Assembly: GCF_008831285.2 (NCBI RefSeq)
Contig: NC_045138.2
Coordinates: 4,588,001 to 4,652,000 of the forward strand
From: Nymphaea colorata
Lineage: Eukaryota
DNA: 64,000 bases
Direction of reading: 5' to 3'
Position numbers and translations under genes: made by a program. Shown in pieces: positions 51,588 to 64,000 of this stretch. The notes beneath the pieces were generated by a model that ran no database searches, was not told the origin of the DNA, and worked only from the letters and a program-made list of their open reading frames with translations. Position 1 is the first letter of the stretch; every line of letters begins with the position of its first letter.

Positions 51588-52561
51588 CGTCATCGTTTGG
51601 CTATGGTTATAATTGATGCATTTTTACTAAATTGAACATCTCACATATTGCCAATGATAAAGCATGTCCCCTATTTTGACCTTGACCCCATTGGCACTTC
51701 ATTGTATTGCTTGGTGATTATGTTTGCTATCTTGCATATATGACTAATTGAGGAGGATCAATCATGTTCACTTAGATCTAATATCAAATACAACCCTCCT
51801 CAATTTAAGATTTGTTTGAAAACAATGTTTGCTCTTATATTTATTTCAATCATCATCTTAGGCAACATTGCATTAGAGAGAACTCATTTTACATGATTTT
51901 TCATATTTCAAAATTCATCATCCCTATTAGTCTTGGGCATCATGTTGCCGGACATGGTCTTTGGCGGTAGCACAAGACTAAGCCTTACAACTAGACCACA
52001 CCTTGGGTGGAAAAGCCCCCTCGTTAGTACCATGAGTCGTAATTTGTGGTATATCGACGAGCGATCAAGGAGAAGTTGATAAACCCTACCCTTAATTGCC
52101 TATGGAAGAATCTATGCTCGTACTAAGCCATTTAGCTAAAGTATATAAGCATAACTTGATATTGGACCATCGTGACACAAAATTATCTCAATTAGGTACC
52201 TATACCTATTTTCTAAAAAAATTATTTCAAACGACATATGGATGTGCGTAAAACCTTGTGTGATGTTTTACAACCTCATTGCATACCTCTACTTTACGTT
52301 GTCTTGGTCAACCTAGTCAATCTTTTCACTAATTCAATCTTTATCATTTAGAGTCATCATTCAAGATGTATTCTTTACAATGTGGTGCCACATTCTCTTA
52401 TGATCATATCCTCTTTGGAGAAAGACCCGAACGGTCTACTTACATCTCTCTTGAGTCTAAACCTTTGGCTCCCGAATGGTATCGGTCTTGACATCCCACC
52501 TTCTCTCGGATGTTTCCTTCTTACTTTGAAGATTGTGGGCTAGAGACTGGCAGCTGGAGGA

Positions 52562-53548
52562 ATGCAGTTAGTTGATGGAAATTTGGTACATGCAATTGCC
52601 GAGCATTGGAACCCAAGGACCTCATCTTTTTGGTTTCCACGGGGAGAAATGACAATATTACTATATGAATTTGCCGAAATACTTGACCTCCCTACCCCAA
52701 CTTGTGACCCAAATGATCTATTGGAAAAACAATTCCTTATGAACCCAACCAATGTCAATGCAAATGACCTCATTGATCACTTTACTGAACGAAAAACTTG
52801 TCCTTTAGTAGAAAACCATGAAAATCAAAGCATCAACATGAAAAATTTGTATGAAGAATTCAGAGTCTATGTTGAACCTTCCACTTTACCTCGGAAAGCC
52901 ATAAGAAGAATTAAACATTGCATGATGCTCTGCACAGTAGGAGTGATCCTTTTTACCAATGGAAGTGACCTCCTAGATGTTCGTATTGCCTAATTTTTTT
53001 AGGTTTGGGGGCATAGTGGGACCCGACACTTGGCAGTAGCAATGACAGCCTTAGCCTTCCTTTACCGATGACTCACCCGTTTCACCATTGGAGATATTGA
53101 CTTCATAGAATGATGCACATATGCTTTGCAATTGTGCTTTCTCAAGCATGTGGGACCCCAAGCCAGTCTATTCAGAAACACTGATGGAGCATTGACAATT
53201 TTAGAACAACAACGCCGTTTAATTGAGCAGTTAGATGGAAATGAGATCATTTGGGACTATTGTGATCGTCATCAGGGCCCGCTTTGTTACACTCACCATC
53301 CTCATGGGCGTACTACACTCTTGGGCCTCCATTTCATAACTGATTATTGTGCTGATAGATGTATGAGACAATTCTCTCAAAGGCAGAAGATGGTCTCTGT
53401 GCATGCACCAATTGGAGCTATTCTCGAATTTGACCTTAGTTCTCTTCAATGGACGGCATTGTTTGCAGTAGTTCGACAAGAATGGAAGGCACAGATATCA
53501 TACACTTGGTTCACGAGCCCAGTGGTGAAGAAGGAATATGATGAGTGA
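52562..53548 (+). pseudogene. Ogre extra ORF1 with a plant mobile domain (PMD)-like motif, disrupted
   Basis: LVHAIAEHWNPRTSSFWFPRGEMTILLYEFAEILDLP resembles the PMD consensus L..L.E.W.P.T.TF.(L/F)P.GEMTITL.DV..LLGLP. It lies between the PBS and gag. Confidence 0.7.
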
Positions 53549-53756
53549 TGGGATGCCAACCGACCACTATCCATCCTTCCCTAAAAGGTTTTATGTTGTC
53601 AACTTTGTATTCCTTCTGTCATTGTCTTCTTTATTAGTGTCTTTGAATGTAACTTTCAAAACTTTTAATGCAATATGAACCTTCATTTTGTCATCATTTC
53701 CCTTCAATAACGCCCATTTTCTTGTGTCATAAGGTAAATATTTGAAAGCCAACAAG

Positions 53757-55741
53757 ATGGTTGAAACCAGATCGCAAGCTAAACAGGCTCCTGAGAACGA
53801 GGCTTCATCTTCCGAGCTTAGGCCAGAAACACTTGATCTCTCAGCAATAGAGCTAGAAGGCTACCATATGTTCCGGTTATTCATGGAGCGATTCATGAAA
53901 GTGCAAGAAGAACAAAAGACCTTGATGATTGCTTCAGAGCCAAAAAATGAAAAGGCTACCAAGCAAAAGAGAAAGAAGAAAAACAACAAATCTTCCCCTA
54001 CAGACCAAGATGAAGGCCATTTGAGTTTAGATTCAACAACTAGCAAGGAGGAAAAACCTGTGTTGCTTCCTCTCAATAAGAAAAAGACAACGAAGAAAAG
54101 CAAGAAAGGAAAATAAATTATGGCAAAAAGCAGCTCACCTAGCCCTATCACCACTGGAAGTTCAGAAGAGAAACTTAAGAGAAAGAAAAAGCCAACTAAA
54201 AGGGGCGAAAAGACAAGGAAGCATGTCCTCAGCAGTAGCTCGGACAATGAAAGTTCTAAAGAGAGAGTAAAGGAGATCAAGGGCAAAAAGAAAAAGACAA
54301 AGCCAGAATTAATCAAGTCAAGTGATGATGAAAGTCCAACTAAGCGCAGGTTCTATGAAATGGAGAAAAGGAAGAACAATGTTGAACTAGGGGGAAAGGA
54401 AAACGCTCATACTCAAGCGAGGATTATTACCTCGGTATTGAAGGAGATGAGGACGTGAAAGGCTTACCCAGGGGGTTCGTCAGATATGATGGAACCACCT
54501 GCCTACATGTTCATCTTTGAACTTTCTTCAATGATTGCTATAAAATTTGAGCAAATAATAGATCTTTGTTTCGCTATTTTCCAAGAAGTCTTGAAGGGAT
54601 CGCCGCACAATGGTACAAAGAAAATGTCAATCCAATCGAACTCAAGGAATTTGACAAGTTGATTAATATGTTTGTCAAAAGATTTGATCAAAATGCTCCC
54701 ATGGCTCCAACCCTTAGTACCATTTGCAGTCTCCGTCAGAAACAAGGAGAAAAGGCTCGAGAATTCGTCCAAAAATGGAGAATTCAATGCAACAAGATAA
54801 AGGAGCCCATTTCTGAAACTCAAGCTTTGTCGCTCATCAAAAAGAATTTTGCTCAGCCCTTAAAAAGTCTTATCCGCAATGCCCCAATCAAGACCTTTGC
54901 TAAATTGATTGAACAAGCGAATTTCATAGAGGAAGGAATTGAGGAGGGTGATTTTGATGGAATCATTACTCCTAAGTATGAGGATAATAAGAAAGGAGAG
55001 AGGACACAGTTTCCTGCACAGTTCATATCTAACACTGGCATTCAAAAAGACAACAATAACAACTACAAGCATGACAAGGAAGTCAGTCTCAAGAAGAACA
55101 CGCAGTTTTCCAAAGGCAATGATGAAAGAAAAAACAAACACCCAGACTGGAGTTATGACCGAAAATTCACTCCTCTCAGTCAGTCTCGCGAGAAGATTCT
55201 GGAATACCTCATTGCTAAAGGAACTATAGTCTTGCCAAAAATGTTAGAGCCTCCGAAAATGATGGGAGGAAATAAAGAAAAATTGTGTAAGTTTCATAGG
55301 GCCCCTGGTCATGACACTGAGGATTGTTTTGTCCTCAGAAATATTATCCAGGACTTCATCAACATGGATCTCCAGGTTGGTGATGATAGCATCCCTGAGG
55401 TGCTGAAGAATCCATTTCCTGACCATGGGAATGTGGCAGTGGCCATGATCACCACAGGCACTCCACTCCCATATCATCCACAGGAGCACATCCGACCATG
55501 TGAGGGAAGCAGTCCACACAAGGTCATGATGACAGATCAAGGTGAGAAACCACTGAATTTTAATGTTATGATGAGTAGCAAGACGGAAAGTTCACCCAAA
55601 AAACTTCTCATAATCCCAAAGACCTTTATCCTGCAAAGCGGCGATGATAAATTGTTAGGTGACTCTTCATATGGAGATTCGTGCTACTTGGGTGAGGTCC
55701 TCCCCTTGGAAGAGCGCATCGTTGAAGGAGAGTGTATTTAG
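53757..55741 (+). pseudogene. Ogre gag, disrupted
   Basis: MVETRSQ start, FPRSLEGIAAQWY gag core and the CKFHRAPGHDTEDC knuckle. Stops and frameshifts separate the ORFs. Confidence 0.85.
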
Positions 55742-55788
55742 GCATTTAAGGACCAGTCAATTACCTTTTCAGGAAAAGACCTCTCAAA

Positions 55789-58700
55789 ATGGGTTATTAT
55801 CATGAAGAGGCTCTTTACATCGTCCTCCAGGTTAATGGGATGACTGTGCCACATATATTGATTGATGTAGGAAGTGGCTTGAATATTTGTCTTGATCTTA
55901 CGGCCAAAGCTTTGGGGTTCCGTGAAGACAAATACCGCTCTAATGATATCAAGATTTATAGATATGATGGTCGAGGCATGAGCAGTAAAGGTACCATTGA
56001 CATGAACATGATCATTGAAAATACCAGTCATCGCATTGTATTCCATATGGTAGATGTACCACCATCATATAACTTGCTGTTGGGACGACCTTGGATCCAC
56101 CAAGTACGAGGGATCCCATCCACTCTTTATCTGTGCCTCAAATGGAATTTTGGCCCATAAGTCATCACCGTAGGTGCTAAGGATTCGGTCGAGAGGTTGG
56201 TGCAACCCATGCTCCCTAGGTCAACTGATTCGGTGGATGTACCGAGCATAAGAATAACAAAGGACAGACCTTTGGAAGAATAGATGCAGAAAATGGAGAT
56301 AGGTGAATTATTGGGGAGTGCCCATACTGTTTCAAGCAACCATGCAAGTTACCAAAAACACTGTATGTTCATTTCAGGAAAAACCCTAAGGGATTTCAGC
56401 TGCTTCTCAAAGGTGGTTATCGTCCGTTCAGAGGCCTTGGGAAGAATGAAGATGGTCTCTTGCAGCCAATCAATATCCCTTTTCAGATGAATACCAGGGG
56501 ACTAGGATACCATGAAGAAATTTGAAGATCTTGTTGGCTGGTAGTGTTCACCTTTGTTTCAAATCCTCCCACGAATTTTGTAATCTTGAACTTTTTTTGT
56601 ACTTCTTTTTGTCTGGTCCTATGAGAGGACCCCCCTCTATGAACTAAAAACTTCGTTTCAATATGCAATGCAAAGTAATCTTTTGTTATCAATTTAATTT
56701 TGTTCAACTTTCCTTTTATCCTCTTCTTTACTGGATGTCAAAATTCAACATGTCTCAATTTCTTCTTTTTCCTTGGAAGTCTCTCCAAAAAGCATTTGTC
56801 AAACAAGCAGTCGGTGAAATGGAACCTATGACAATACCCGAGTCAGAGTTACCAAAATTTACTCAGATTCAGAAAGAAGAACATCCATCATCCATGGTTA
56901 ATGATCCAATCGAAGAGATTAATATTGAAACCAGCAAAGACCCTCAAATCATTCAAATTGGTACTAGTTTGTCAGTAGACGAGAGGAAAATACTGGTGGA
57001 CTTTCTTATAAGTAACCAAGAAGCATTTGCTTGGACTTATGAAGATATGTCGGGATTAGACCCCCAGTTGGTTGAACATCGTTTGCCTTTAAATCCTAAT
57101 TGAAAGCCAGTTAAGCAAAAGTTGTGCAAGCTTGATCCTCGACTAGAAGGACCAGTAAAAGAAGGATTATAAGACCTACTAAGGGCAAATTTGATTCGTG
57201 CCATTGACTACCCCGAGTGGTTGGCTCATATCATTGTTGTCCCCAAGAAAAATGGTAAAGTCAGATTATGCATCGACTTTCGAGACCTGAACAAAGGCAC
57301 ACCAAAAGATGATTATCCACTTCCAAACATCGATCTATTGGTTGATAGTACCGCATGACACGCAACGTTCTCTTTTATGGATGGATATTCGGGCTATAAC
57401 CAAATCAAATTAGTAGTCAATGATCAACCTAAGACCGCTTTTACTACACTTTGGGGCACTTTCTGTTATACGGTGATGCCGTTTGGGTTGAAAAACGCTG
57501 GAGCAACTTATCAAAGAGCTATGGCCGCTACCTTCCATGACCAAATACACAAAATCATGGATGCATATATCGATGACATACTGATTAAATCTAAAGCAAG
57601 AGAAGACCACATTGAAACTCTCGCCCAAGTATTTGAGAGACTCTTACAGTACAAGCTTCATTTGAATCCTCAAAAATGTGTGTTTGGGGTTGAATCGGAC
57701 AAACTTTTGTGTTCATGGTCAATAAACGGGGGATCGAGATGGATCTTACCAAAGCTAAAGCCATCATCGATATGCCTCCACCTACCAATATCAAGGAGTT
57801 GCGAAGCTTGCAAGGATGAATCCAATCCATCAGATGATTCATTTCTGATCTGGCCATGAGATGCGAACCATTCAACCAGCTGCTGAGGAAAGGTGTCAGG
57901 TTTACAAGGGGTTTTGAATGCCAACAGTCATTCGAAATGATCAAAAAATACCTTCTAAATCCGTCAATTTTAGAACCACCAGTCTTGGGTAGACTATTGT
58001 TGCTTTACATCACAGTGAATGAGTCAGCATGTGGCGGCTTTTTGGCACAATATGAGGAAGGAAGTCGCATCGAGCATGCAATCTATTACATTAGCAAGAC
58101 TTTTGTCCAGTACGAAAAGAAGTACTCTCCAATAGAGAAAACTTGTCTGGCATTGGTTTGGATGTGTTAGAAGTTGAGACATTATTTATTAGCTTGTAAG
58201 GTCAAGATCCTCTCCAAGCTAAATCCTCTCAAGTATATCTTAGAACAACCATTCCTTAATGGGCGTATCGCCAAATGGTAGGTTCTGTTGATGCAATATG
58301 ATCATGAATATTTGTCTCAAAAGTCAATCAAAGGACAAGCAATTGCGAATCAGCTAGCAGACTTCCTTCAGTACGAAGAAATCAGAACAAATGATGAGTT
58401 TCCAGATGAACATATACTAAGATTTGAAACAGTTTCGATATGGAAGATGTACTTTGATGGGTCCAGAAATGTGATGGGAGCAGGCATAGGCATTTTACTC
58501 ATCACTTCGAAAAACGAAATGATCCCGTACTCTTTGAAACTTGATTTTCCATGTACCCATAACATAACTGAATATGAAGTCCTCATACAAGGACTTCGTT
58601 CTTTGTTGAGTTTTCAAGTGAAAAGAGTGCATGCCTTCGGCGACTCTCGGTTTATTATAAACCAAGTGAATGGAGAATGGCAAGTCAAAGACGAAAATTT

Positions 58701-58978
58701 GGTGCCATATCAAGAAATTGTTACCTCCTTAATCCGTCAATTTGAAGAAGTACAACTGGCTCACGTAAAGAGAGAAGGTAACCCCTATTGCGGATGGCCT
58801 CGCGAGCTTAGGGTGCACTATCACCTTTCGAACCAATGAAGCAATCTGTTATTTTGATATTGAAAGATTGGAATGCTCTGCTTTTGAAACGACGACGCAT
58901 GTCTATCATATCCAAGAGGGGAATATGCCTTGGTACCATGACATCAAAAGGTACATTGAAAGTGGATAATTCCCGGCA
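55789..58978 (+). pseudogene. Ogre pol: protease, G-patch, RT, RNase H, additional RNase H; disrupted
   Basis: ILIDVGSGLNI...YNLLLGRPWIH; LLKGGYRPFRGLGKNEDG...RGLGY (56400-56510); MDGYSGYNQI, YIDD; YSPIEKTCLALVW; WKMYFDGS...NITEYE...GDSRFIINQV. Confidence 0.9.
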
Positions 58979-60477
58979 GACCTCAGAAGTATTGTAATCA
59001 AACTTAATTTCAGGCTTCAAAATACTCATTACATAACTGGACGGGTGACCTAACCTGGAGTGCCAATGCTCCTCTTCATCTTTATTTCTACTGGAAGCAA
59101 GAGCCATATTCACGCGATTCAAGTAATAGAGTCCATGAAATTCAGTCCCTTCACCAATCGTCGCCCCCATGGTCCGATCCTGAAACACAACCTTTGAAGG
59201 CGAGAAGATCACATAGCAATTGTAAGCTTTTGTAATTTTGCTTACAGACATAAGATTAGAGGCTAATTCCGGCATATATAAAGCATCAATCGAACTTTCT
59301 TTTTCAAAAAACTGCATTTCTCCTTTACCACAAACCTTAATTTTTCCACCATTAGCAATAGTAACTGGTTTAATGTCGACACTATCTTTAATATTAGATA
59401 TTATACTTTTAAAACCAGTCATATTATCTGATGCACCAGAACCATCCAAGAATTTTCATCTAAATGTGAAAGGAAACTGCATGTACCTGGTCCGTCGTTG
59501 GTGTCCGTGGTGGCTAGGGTTGCAGTGTTTTGTTTTATAAAACCTTGCAACAGTTGTGATAGTTTTTCCATCGTCACTGGAGTTCCAGTTTCCTCATGAA
59601 AGGCTTGTGCTGCTCTGTTTGTCTTTACCATAGGACCCTGTTTTTTGTTAAGCTTCCAACATTTCTCCCGTGTGTGATTGTCCTTCTTGCAATAGGTACA
59701 GAAAAACTTCTTTCTCCCTTTGAAATCAGAGTTAGAAGATGTACCAATGTCTTTTTGTTTTGAAATCATAGCGGCTTGAGAGTCATCATCATTATTATTC
59801 AAAGGATTCATGACACGACGACGACATTCTTCACGCATGATGATAGAACATATTGTGTTTAACTTAGGAAGATCAGCATTCATAAGTACCTGGCTACGAA
59901 GTTGTTCGTATTTTGGCCTAAGACCAGCCAACATTTGAAAGATTTTATCGCTTTCTCTATTCTTCGGAAGAGTTGCTGCATCGGTGGCTGCTGGTGTATA
60001 AGAGTCCCATTCATCCCAAAGTGCACGTAACTGTCCAAGATATTCAGTATACGACATGTTTCCTTGCTTTAAATTATTGATTTCTTGAGTAATCTGATAT
60101 CTTCTGGCAACATTGTATTGCTGACTAAAAAGATCGTGAGCAGCTTCCCATATTTCCTTTGCCGTTTCCAAAAAATAAAAACTTCGAGCAATCTTTGTGT
60201 CCATAGAATTTAGAAGCCATGACATAACTGTATGATCGTTTGATTCCCACTCTTCTAGCTTCGGATCTTATTCTGGTGGCTTTGGTTTACTAACAGTTAC
60301 ATGACCAAATTTTGCCTTTCCACTGAGGAAAAGTTTAGCAGACTTGGCCCATGTTAGGTAGTTGAACCCATTTAAAGGTTCGGTGGTAATTTTGAGGGCT
60401 CGGTTAGCACTTTCAAGCACGTTCGTTTGCTGATGGTAGGTTGCATTGTTGCTTCCTGAAGTTCCGCCTTCGGCCAT
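58975..60477 (-). pseudogene. Copia gag-protease-pre-integrase remnant
   Basis: ORFs 60268-60477, 59419-60225 and part of 58808-59449, separated by one in-frame stop and one frameshift. Confidence 0.88.
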
Positions 60478-61439
60478 GGAGAAAAGATTGATAAAAGATT
60501 CTTCGCTCCTCTCCGCCTCGGGGATGGTGGTGCTTCAAACCCTGATGTGTGTTAAAGAGACGAGGCAGACGGATGAGGCCTCAACAAAGATCACCACACA
60601 AAAGGGGTTGAAGGAGAAAAGGGGCACAACTCCCGCCCAATCACTCAGAGAACCGATGCAGCAATGGGGTCGTTGGCGTAACGACGATGAGCCATCTCGC
60701 ATGGATGCCGATGCAGTAACGACGACGAGCCCTCTCGCATGGATGCTGATGCAGCAACCAACGCCGAGCTCTTCTCGCGTGGACGCTGATGCAGCGACTA
60801 ACGCCAAGCCCTTCTCCCATGGACGCTGAAAAGAACCAACTGCAATGATGACGAGCCCGCACCAAGACACCACGAGCTCCTATCTCACCACGAGCAAAAA
60901 CAGAGAGCCTCGCCGGCAGTCGTTGATTTAGGCAAGAAAAAGATAGATCAGTGACAGCCACTTCTTCTCCTTGAACCAGAACAGATCAGCAACGGCCACT
61001 TCTTCTCCTTGAACCAGAACAGAGGACGATCCTCAAGAAATTCCTCGTAAAGGAGAGACCATTCGAAAGGAACCTCTCTCTGATACCATAAAAAAAAGAA
61101 GAATATAAATACTAGAGACAATCATATATGTGGTTCGGCATTCAATTGCCTACGTCCATGGGAAGGAGGAGGGAGCTCTTATTGAATGAGAATATTTCCT
61201 GCTACACTCGTTACATGGTAGAGCATCATTTTTATAGTGAGTGTAGATACCATTACAAGGTATGAAACTTTGGTAAGTAATAAGGAGGGAAGGAAATCAA
61301 TAAAGATGGAAACCACTGAAATGGTAACCATCAAAGTTGGGAAGCCAGCACCAAAGAAACGTCTCCAAGGCAGCATCGACATCCTCATGAATTGGGTTTC
61401 CCAGTACAGAGTCTCCTTCCTTCTATTAACCGCTTAACA
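58975..61439 (-). mobile_element. 3'-truncated Ty1/copia (5' LTR, PBS, gag, protease, pre-integrase)
   Basis: LTR ~61089-61439 starting TGTTAAG; PBS TGGTATCAGAG 61078-61088; gag LNGFNYLTW, MSWLLNSM, CTYCKKDNHTREKC; protease SGASDNM; WHSRLGHPS. Confidence 0.92.
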
Positions 61440-61659
61440 GGCACTCATTTAAAAATACTCATATCTGGTGGGGCACTTATATATAATACAAGGATAAATT
61501 TTTAAAGATGCTCATTTAAAAAATAAAGAAATTTAAGAAACTGGTGTGGGCAACGGTAGCTCTGCACTGTCTAGGCATCAACATCCACATCCCAACCACA
61601 TAGATATTGCACAAGAAATAAAAATAAAAATGTCAAATAGCAATTGAATGATGATACCG

Positions 61660-62255
61660 TAATCAATATTCCAACCTGTTGTGCTTCAATTTTGTAGGCA
61701 AGAAAATTACCTTGGAAACAATCAAGTGAAAGTAAGTACCCTGGTGTGTATCCATGTTGCCATCTTGATACACTAAGAGACAAATTTGCTGCAGGTAAAA
61801 ATGCCCAGTTAGGAGCAAAAAAAAAAAAAAACAAAACTTAAGTTTTACTAACTGCCAGAAAATGCCAATAAAAGCTAGAAAGTCATCAGTATAAGTATTA
61901 CCGACCACACATGCAATCTGTTAGTGTAGATGGTGTTGCTGAAGCTTTCACTGACAGATATGTCTACCATCAGTATATGTCCACTTATCTTGTCAACAAA
62001 CTCTGAAACTTTAATGACAGTTCCAAACCGTCGGTAAATTAACAAGGCAACTTTTACTGATGGTTTCGCCACATTAGTAAATAACTTGCACAATATAATG
62101 ACCAGGGTAAAGCATTGTACTTAATTCAGGAGAATTTTACCTGCTGGTCAGCAAGTAGAGACACCTTAGCTATAAGCCATCTATCGTTGGTCTGATCGAA
62201 TCCGTCAATCCTTTCGTAGAGCAGGCTTGGAGACCCATTAGCAATAAAGACAGAT
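61660..62255 (-). pseudogene. Exon-like fragments of an unidentified host gene
   Basis: Canonical-looking splice sites on the minus strand (CAG|GTAAAA ~62141, ttcag| ~62003, TCG|GTAATA ~61902, ctgcag| ~61786) bound short open frames. I could not assemble a consistent phase or recognise the product. Confidence 0.3.
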
Positions 62256-62599
62256 TTTTTTTTCTGGACATAGAAGAATAATTGGTAAGATTACAGCAAT
62301 TCATGGGCACATGATCACTAACTCAGTCACAATCCAATAATGAGGATGCAATACCACGTTGCTGCTCTTTACCGTGATGATCCTTAACATCTTTAAGTGG
62401 CTCACTCATTTTTTCGAGCAGTTGAGGCAAATCTGATGCATCCAAATCTTTGGCATGACAGTTTTGTTATCTCTTTTAAAAATTGGATCTAAAATTGGAT
62501 TGGATTAAGGAATTGGATACAAAAAAGGATATGCATCTAGAGTTTGGATTTTGGATCTATGTTACATCTAATTTGGATCCAAGGCTCATATTTAGATCA

Positions 62600-63350
62600 A
62601 AGAGAGAGAAATTAATAAAATAAAGAGAATAAGATATTTTAAAAGATCAATAAAAAAAGAGGTACATGGATTAATAAAAAGAGAGATGGAGACATTTTAA
62701 GAGAAATTGAAGGGAGATAGAAGAGACAAAAAAAAAGTGAAATCCAAGAGAGTGGCATTAGCAATTAATAAAAGGAGTGGGAAAAAAAGGTTTTAAGAGA
62801 GATGGAAGAAAGAAAGCTAGAGATTAACAAAAGAAAAAAGAAAAAAAATATTTTCAAAGAGAAATCCAAGATAGAGAGAGAGTGTGTTGAATAATGGAGA
62901 GAGAAATAAAGATTTTAGGAGAGGAAATGAAGTGAGAGAAAGAATAGAAGATAGAGAAATCAAGAAGAAAGAGGAAGATTAATAAAACAGAACAGAAATA
63001 AATAAAGAGAGAGAGAGAGGGAAAGAGATAGGTGTGGTTAATAAAAGAGAGAAATAGTAAGAGAGAAATCAAAGGCAAATATATTAATAAAAGAAAGAGA
63101 AAAAGAGGAATTTTAAGAGAGAAATTGAAAAGACAAAGAGAGATCTAAGAAAAAGAGAAATTAATAACATTGACAGAAAAAACTATTTTATTGATAAATT
63201 AAATGGAAAGGGAAGAGAGAGGGACACATACATGATAAAGAAAGAAACCTTTTAAGAGAGAGATAAAAGGAAGAGAGTGAGAGAGAGAAAGAAAGAGAGA
63301 GTGAAGGAAGGGCCCAAATCATGTGAGAAGGAAGAGATAGAAAAATAGGC
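62600..63350. repeat. Purine-rich (GA/AAAG) low-complexity tract
   Basis: Seen directly; recurring attaataaaa(a)gagaga units. Confidence 0.7.
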
Positions 63351-64000
63351 AAGGAGGGTACCATGGACCAAGGCTTCAAGGACTTGATGAGGAGCTCAAA
63401 ACTTGGCAACCTAACCTAAGGGCAGTCCCTAATTAAACCTCCCAACTACATCATGAGTCCCTTAACTTCTTTGCCTATGGGTCCACTTAGGTATGGCTGG
63501 GTGTGGGGTCGACTACTTGGTACTTGGCCCAACTTGGGCTCAAAAAAAATTTCCCGGGCCAGCTTGATAAGTTAGCGGGCCAGTTTGAGAAATTATCTGT
63601 CCAGCCTAGGTGCGCCTGACTAAGCTCGGTTATAATATTTTACTACGATTAATGATATTTATATATTATTTTATATTACAATAAAATAAGCTCGACCAGG
63701 CAGAGGCTGAGGCTGCAAGATGGTGAGAAGGCCGAAGCAGTGGCAATGAATCAGGCTTGGCCCGCCTCAGCCTAATAAAATATTAATTACTAATTTTAAA
63801 TAACTTTGATATTTATATATATATAATATAAATATTTTAATTTTTGTTTGCTAAAATTGAATTGGGCAGGGCTTAGGCCTCAGCCCAGGCATCGACTGTG
63901 TGCCGACTAGAGCCTGGCCATGGATGGCCTCTGAGTGTGTAGGCCAGTGACTGGCCACATGCTGTAGGCCAGTGACTGGCCACATGCAGCCCAGTAGTGT

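Larger units (their letters stand above)
47700..58978 (+). mobile_element. Ogre/Tat-lineage Ty3/gypsy retrotransposon, 3'-truncated (no integrase or 3' LTR)
   Basis: Long LTR, PBS TGGCGACT..., extra ORF before gag, CX2HX4HX4C knuckle, protease, G-patch, RT (MPFGLKNAGATYQR, YIDD), RNase H and a second RNase H (WKMYFDGS). Confidence 0.93.

Noticed and set aside
5223..61439. The two minus-strand copia pieces (3' half ending at 8127; 5' half ending at ~58975) as halves of one element split by ~51 kb
   Set aside because: Both break near the pre-integrase CExC motif. However, their LTRs (5223-5531 vs 61089-61439) share only a short tacgtggtt..cctac.tcca motif, so they appear to be different families.
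63490..63990. GC-rich ggcc/ctcagcc-motif region and a 25-bp tandem duplication at ~63938-63987
   Set aside because: Probably a MITE-like remnant, but termini and TSD could not be defined near the window edge.

Overview
Repeat-rich, AT-rich angiosperm nuclear DNA with no intact protein-coding gene that I can support. It has two layers. (1) LTR retrotransposon debris: a 5'-truncated Ty1/copia (5223-8127, -); a decayed two-LTR element with a tRNA-iMet PBS (30774-37698, -) carrying a nested solo LTR; several Ogre/Tat-type solo LTRs or LTR ends; an Ogre-type Ty3/gypsy (~47700-58978, +) with PMD-like ORF1, gag, protease, G-patch, RT, RNase H and a second RNase H; and a 3'-truncated copia (58975-61439, -) joined to it tail-to-tail. 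(2) A locally amplified, non-coding mosaic of exon-like fragments, including a universal stress protein (USP) exon. This mosaic occurs as three large and several small copies in direct and inverted orientation and forms a ~11 kb imperfect palindrome centred near 16.4 kb. Next to copy 3 lies a separate ~1.8 kb nearly spacerless fold-back at 39-40.8 kb whose arms each carry promoter-like motifs facing the hairpin centre. The best candidate for a new system is this fold-back/paralog cluster acting as a hairpin-RNA/siRNA source. The repeat architecture is read directly from the sequence, but expression and function are inference only. Coordinates were read by eye and may be off by a few bases; repeat-block ends may be off by tens of bases.
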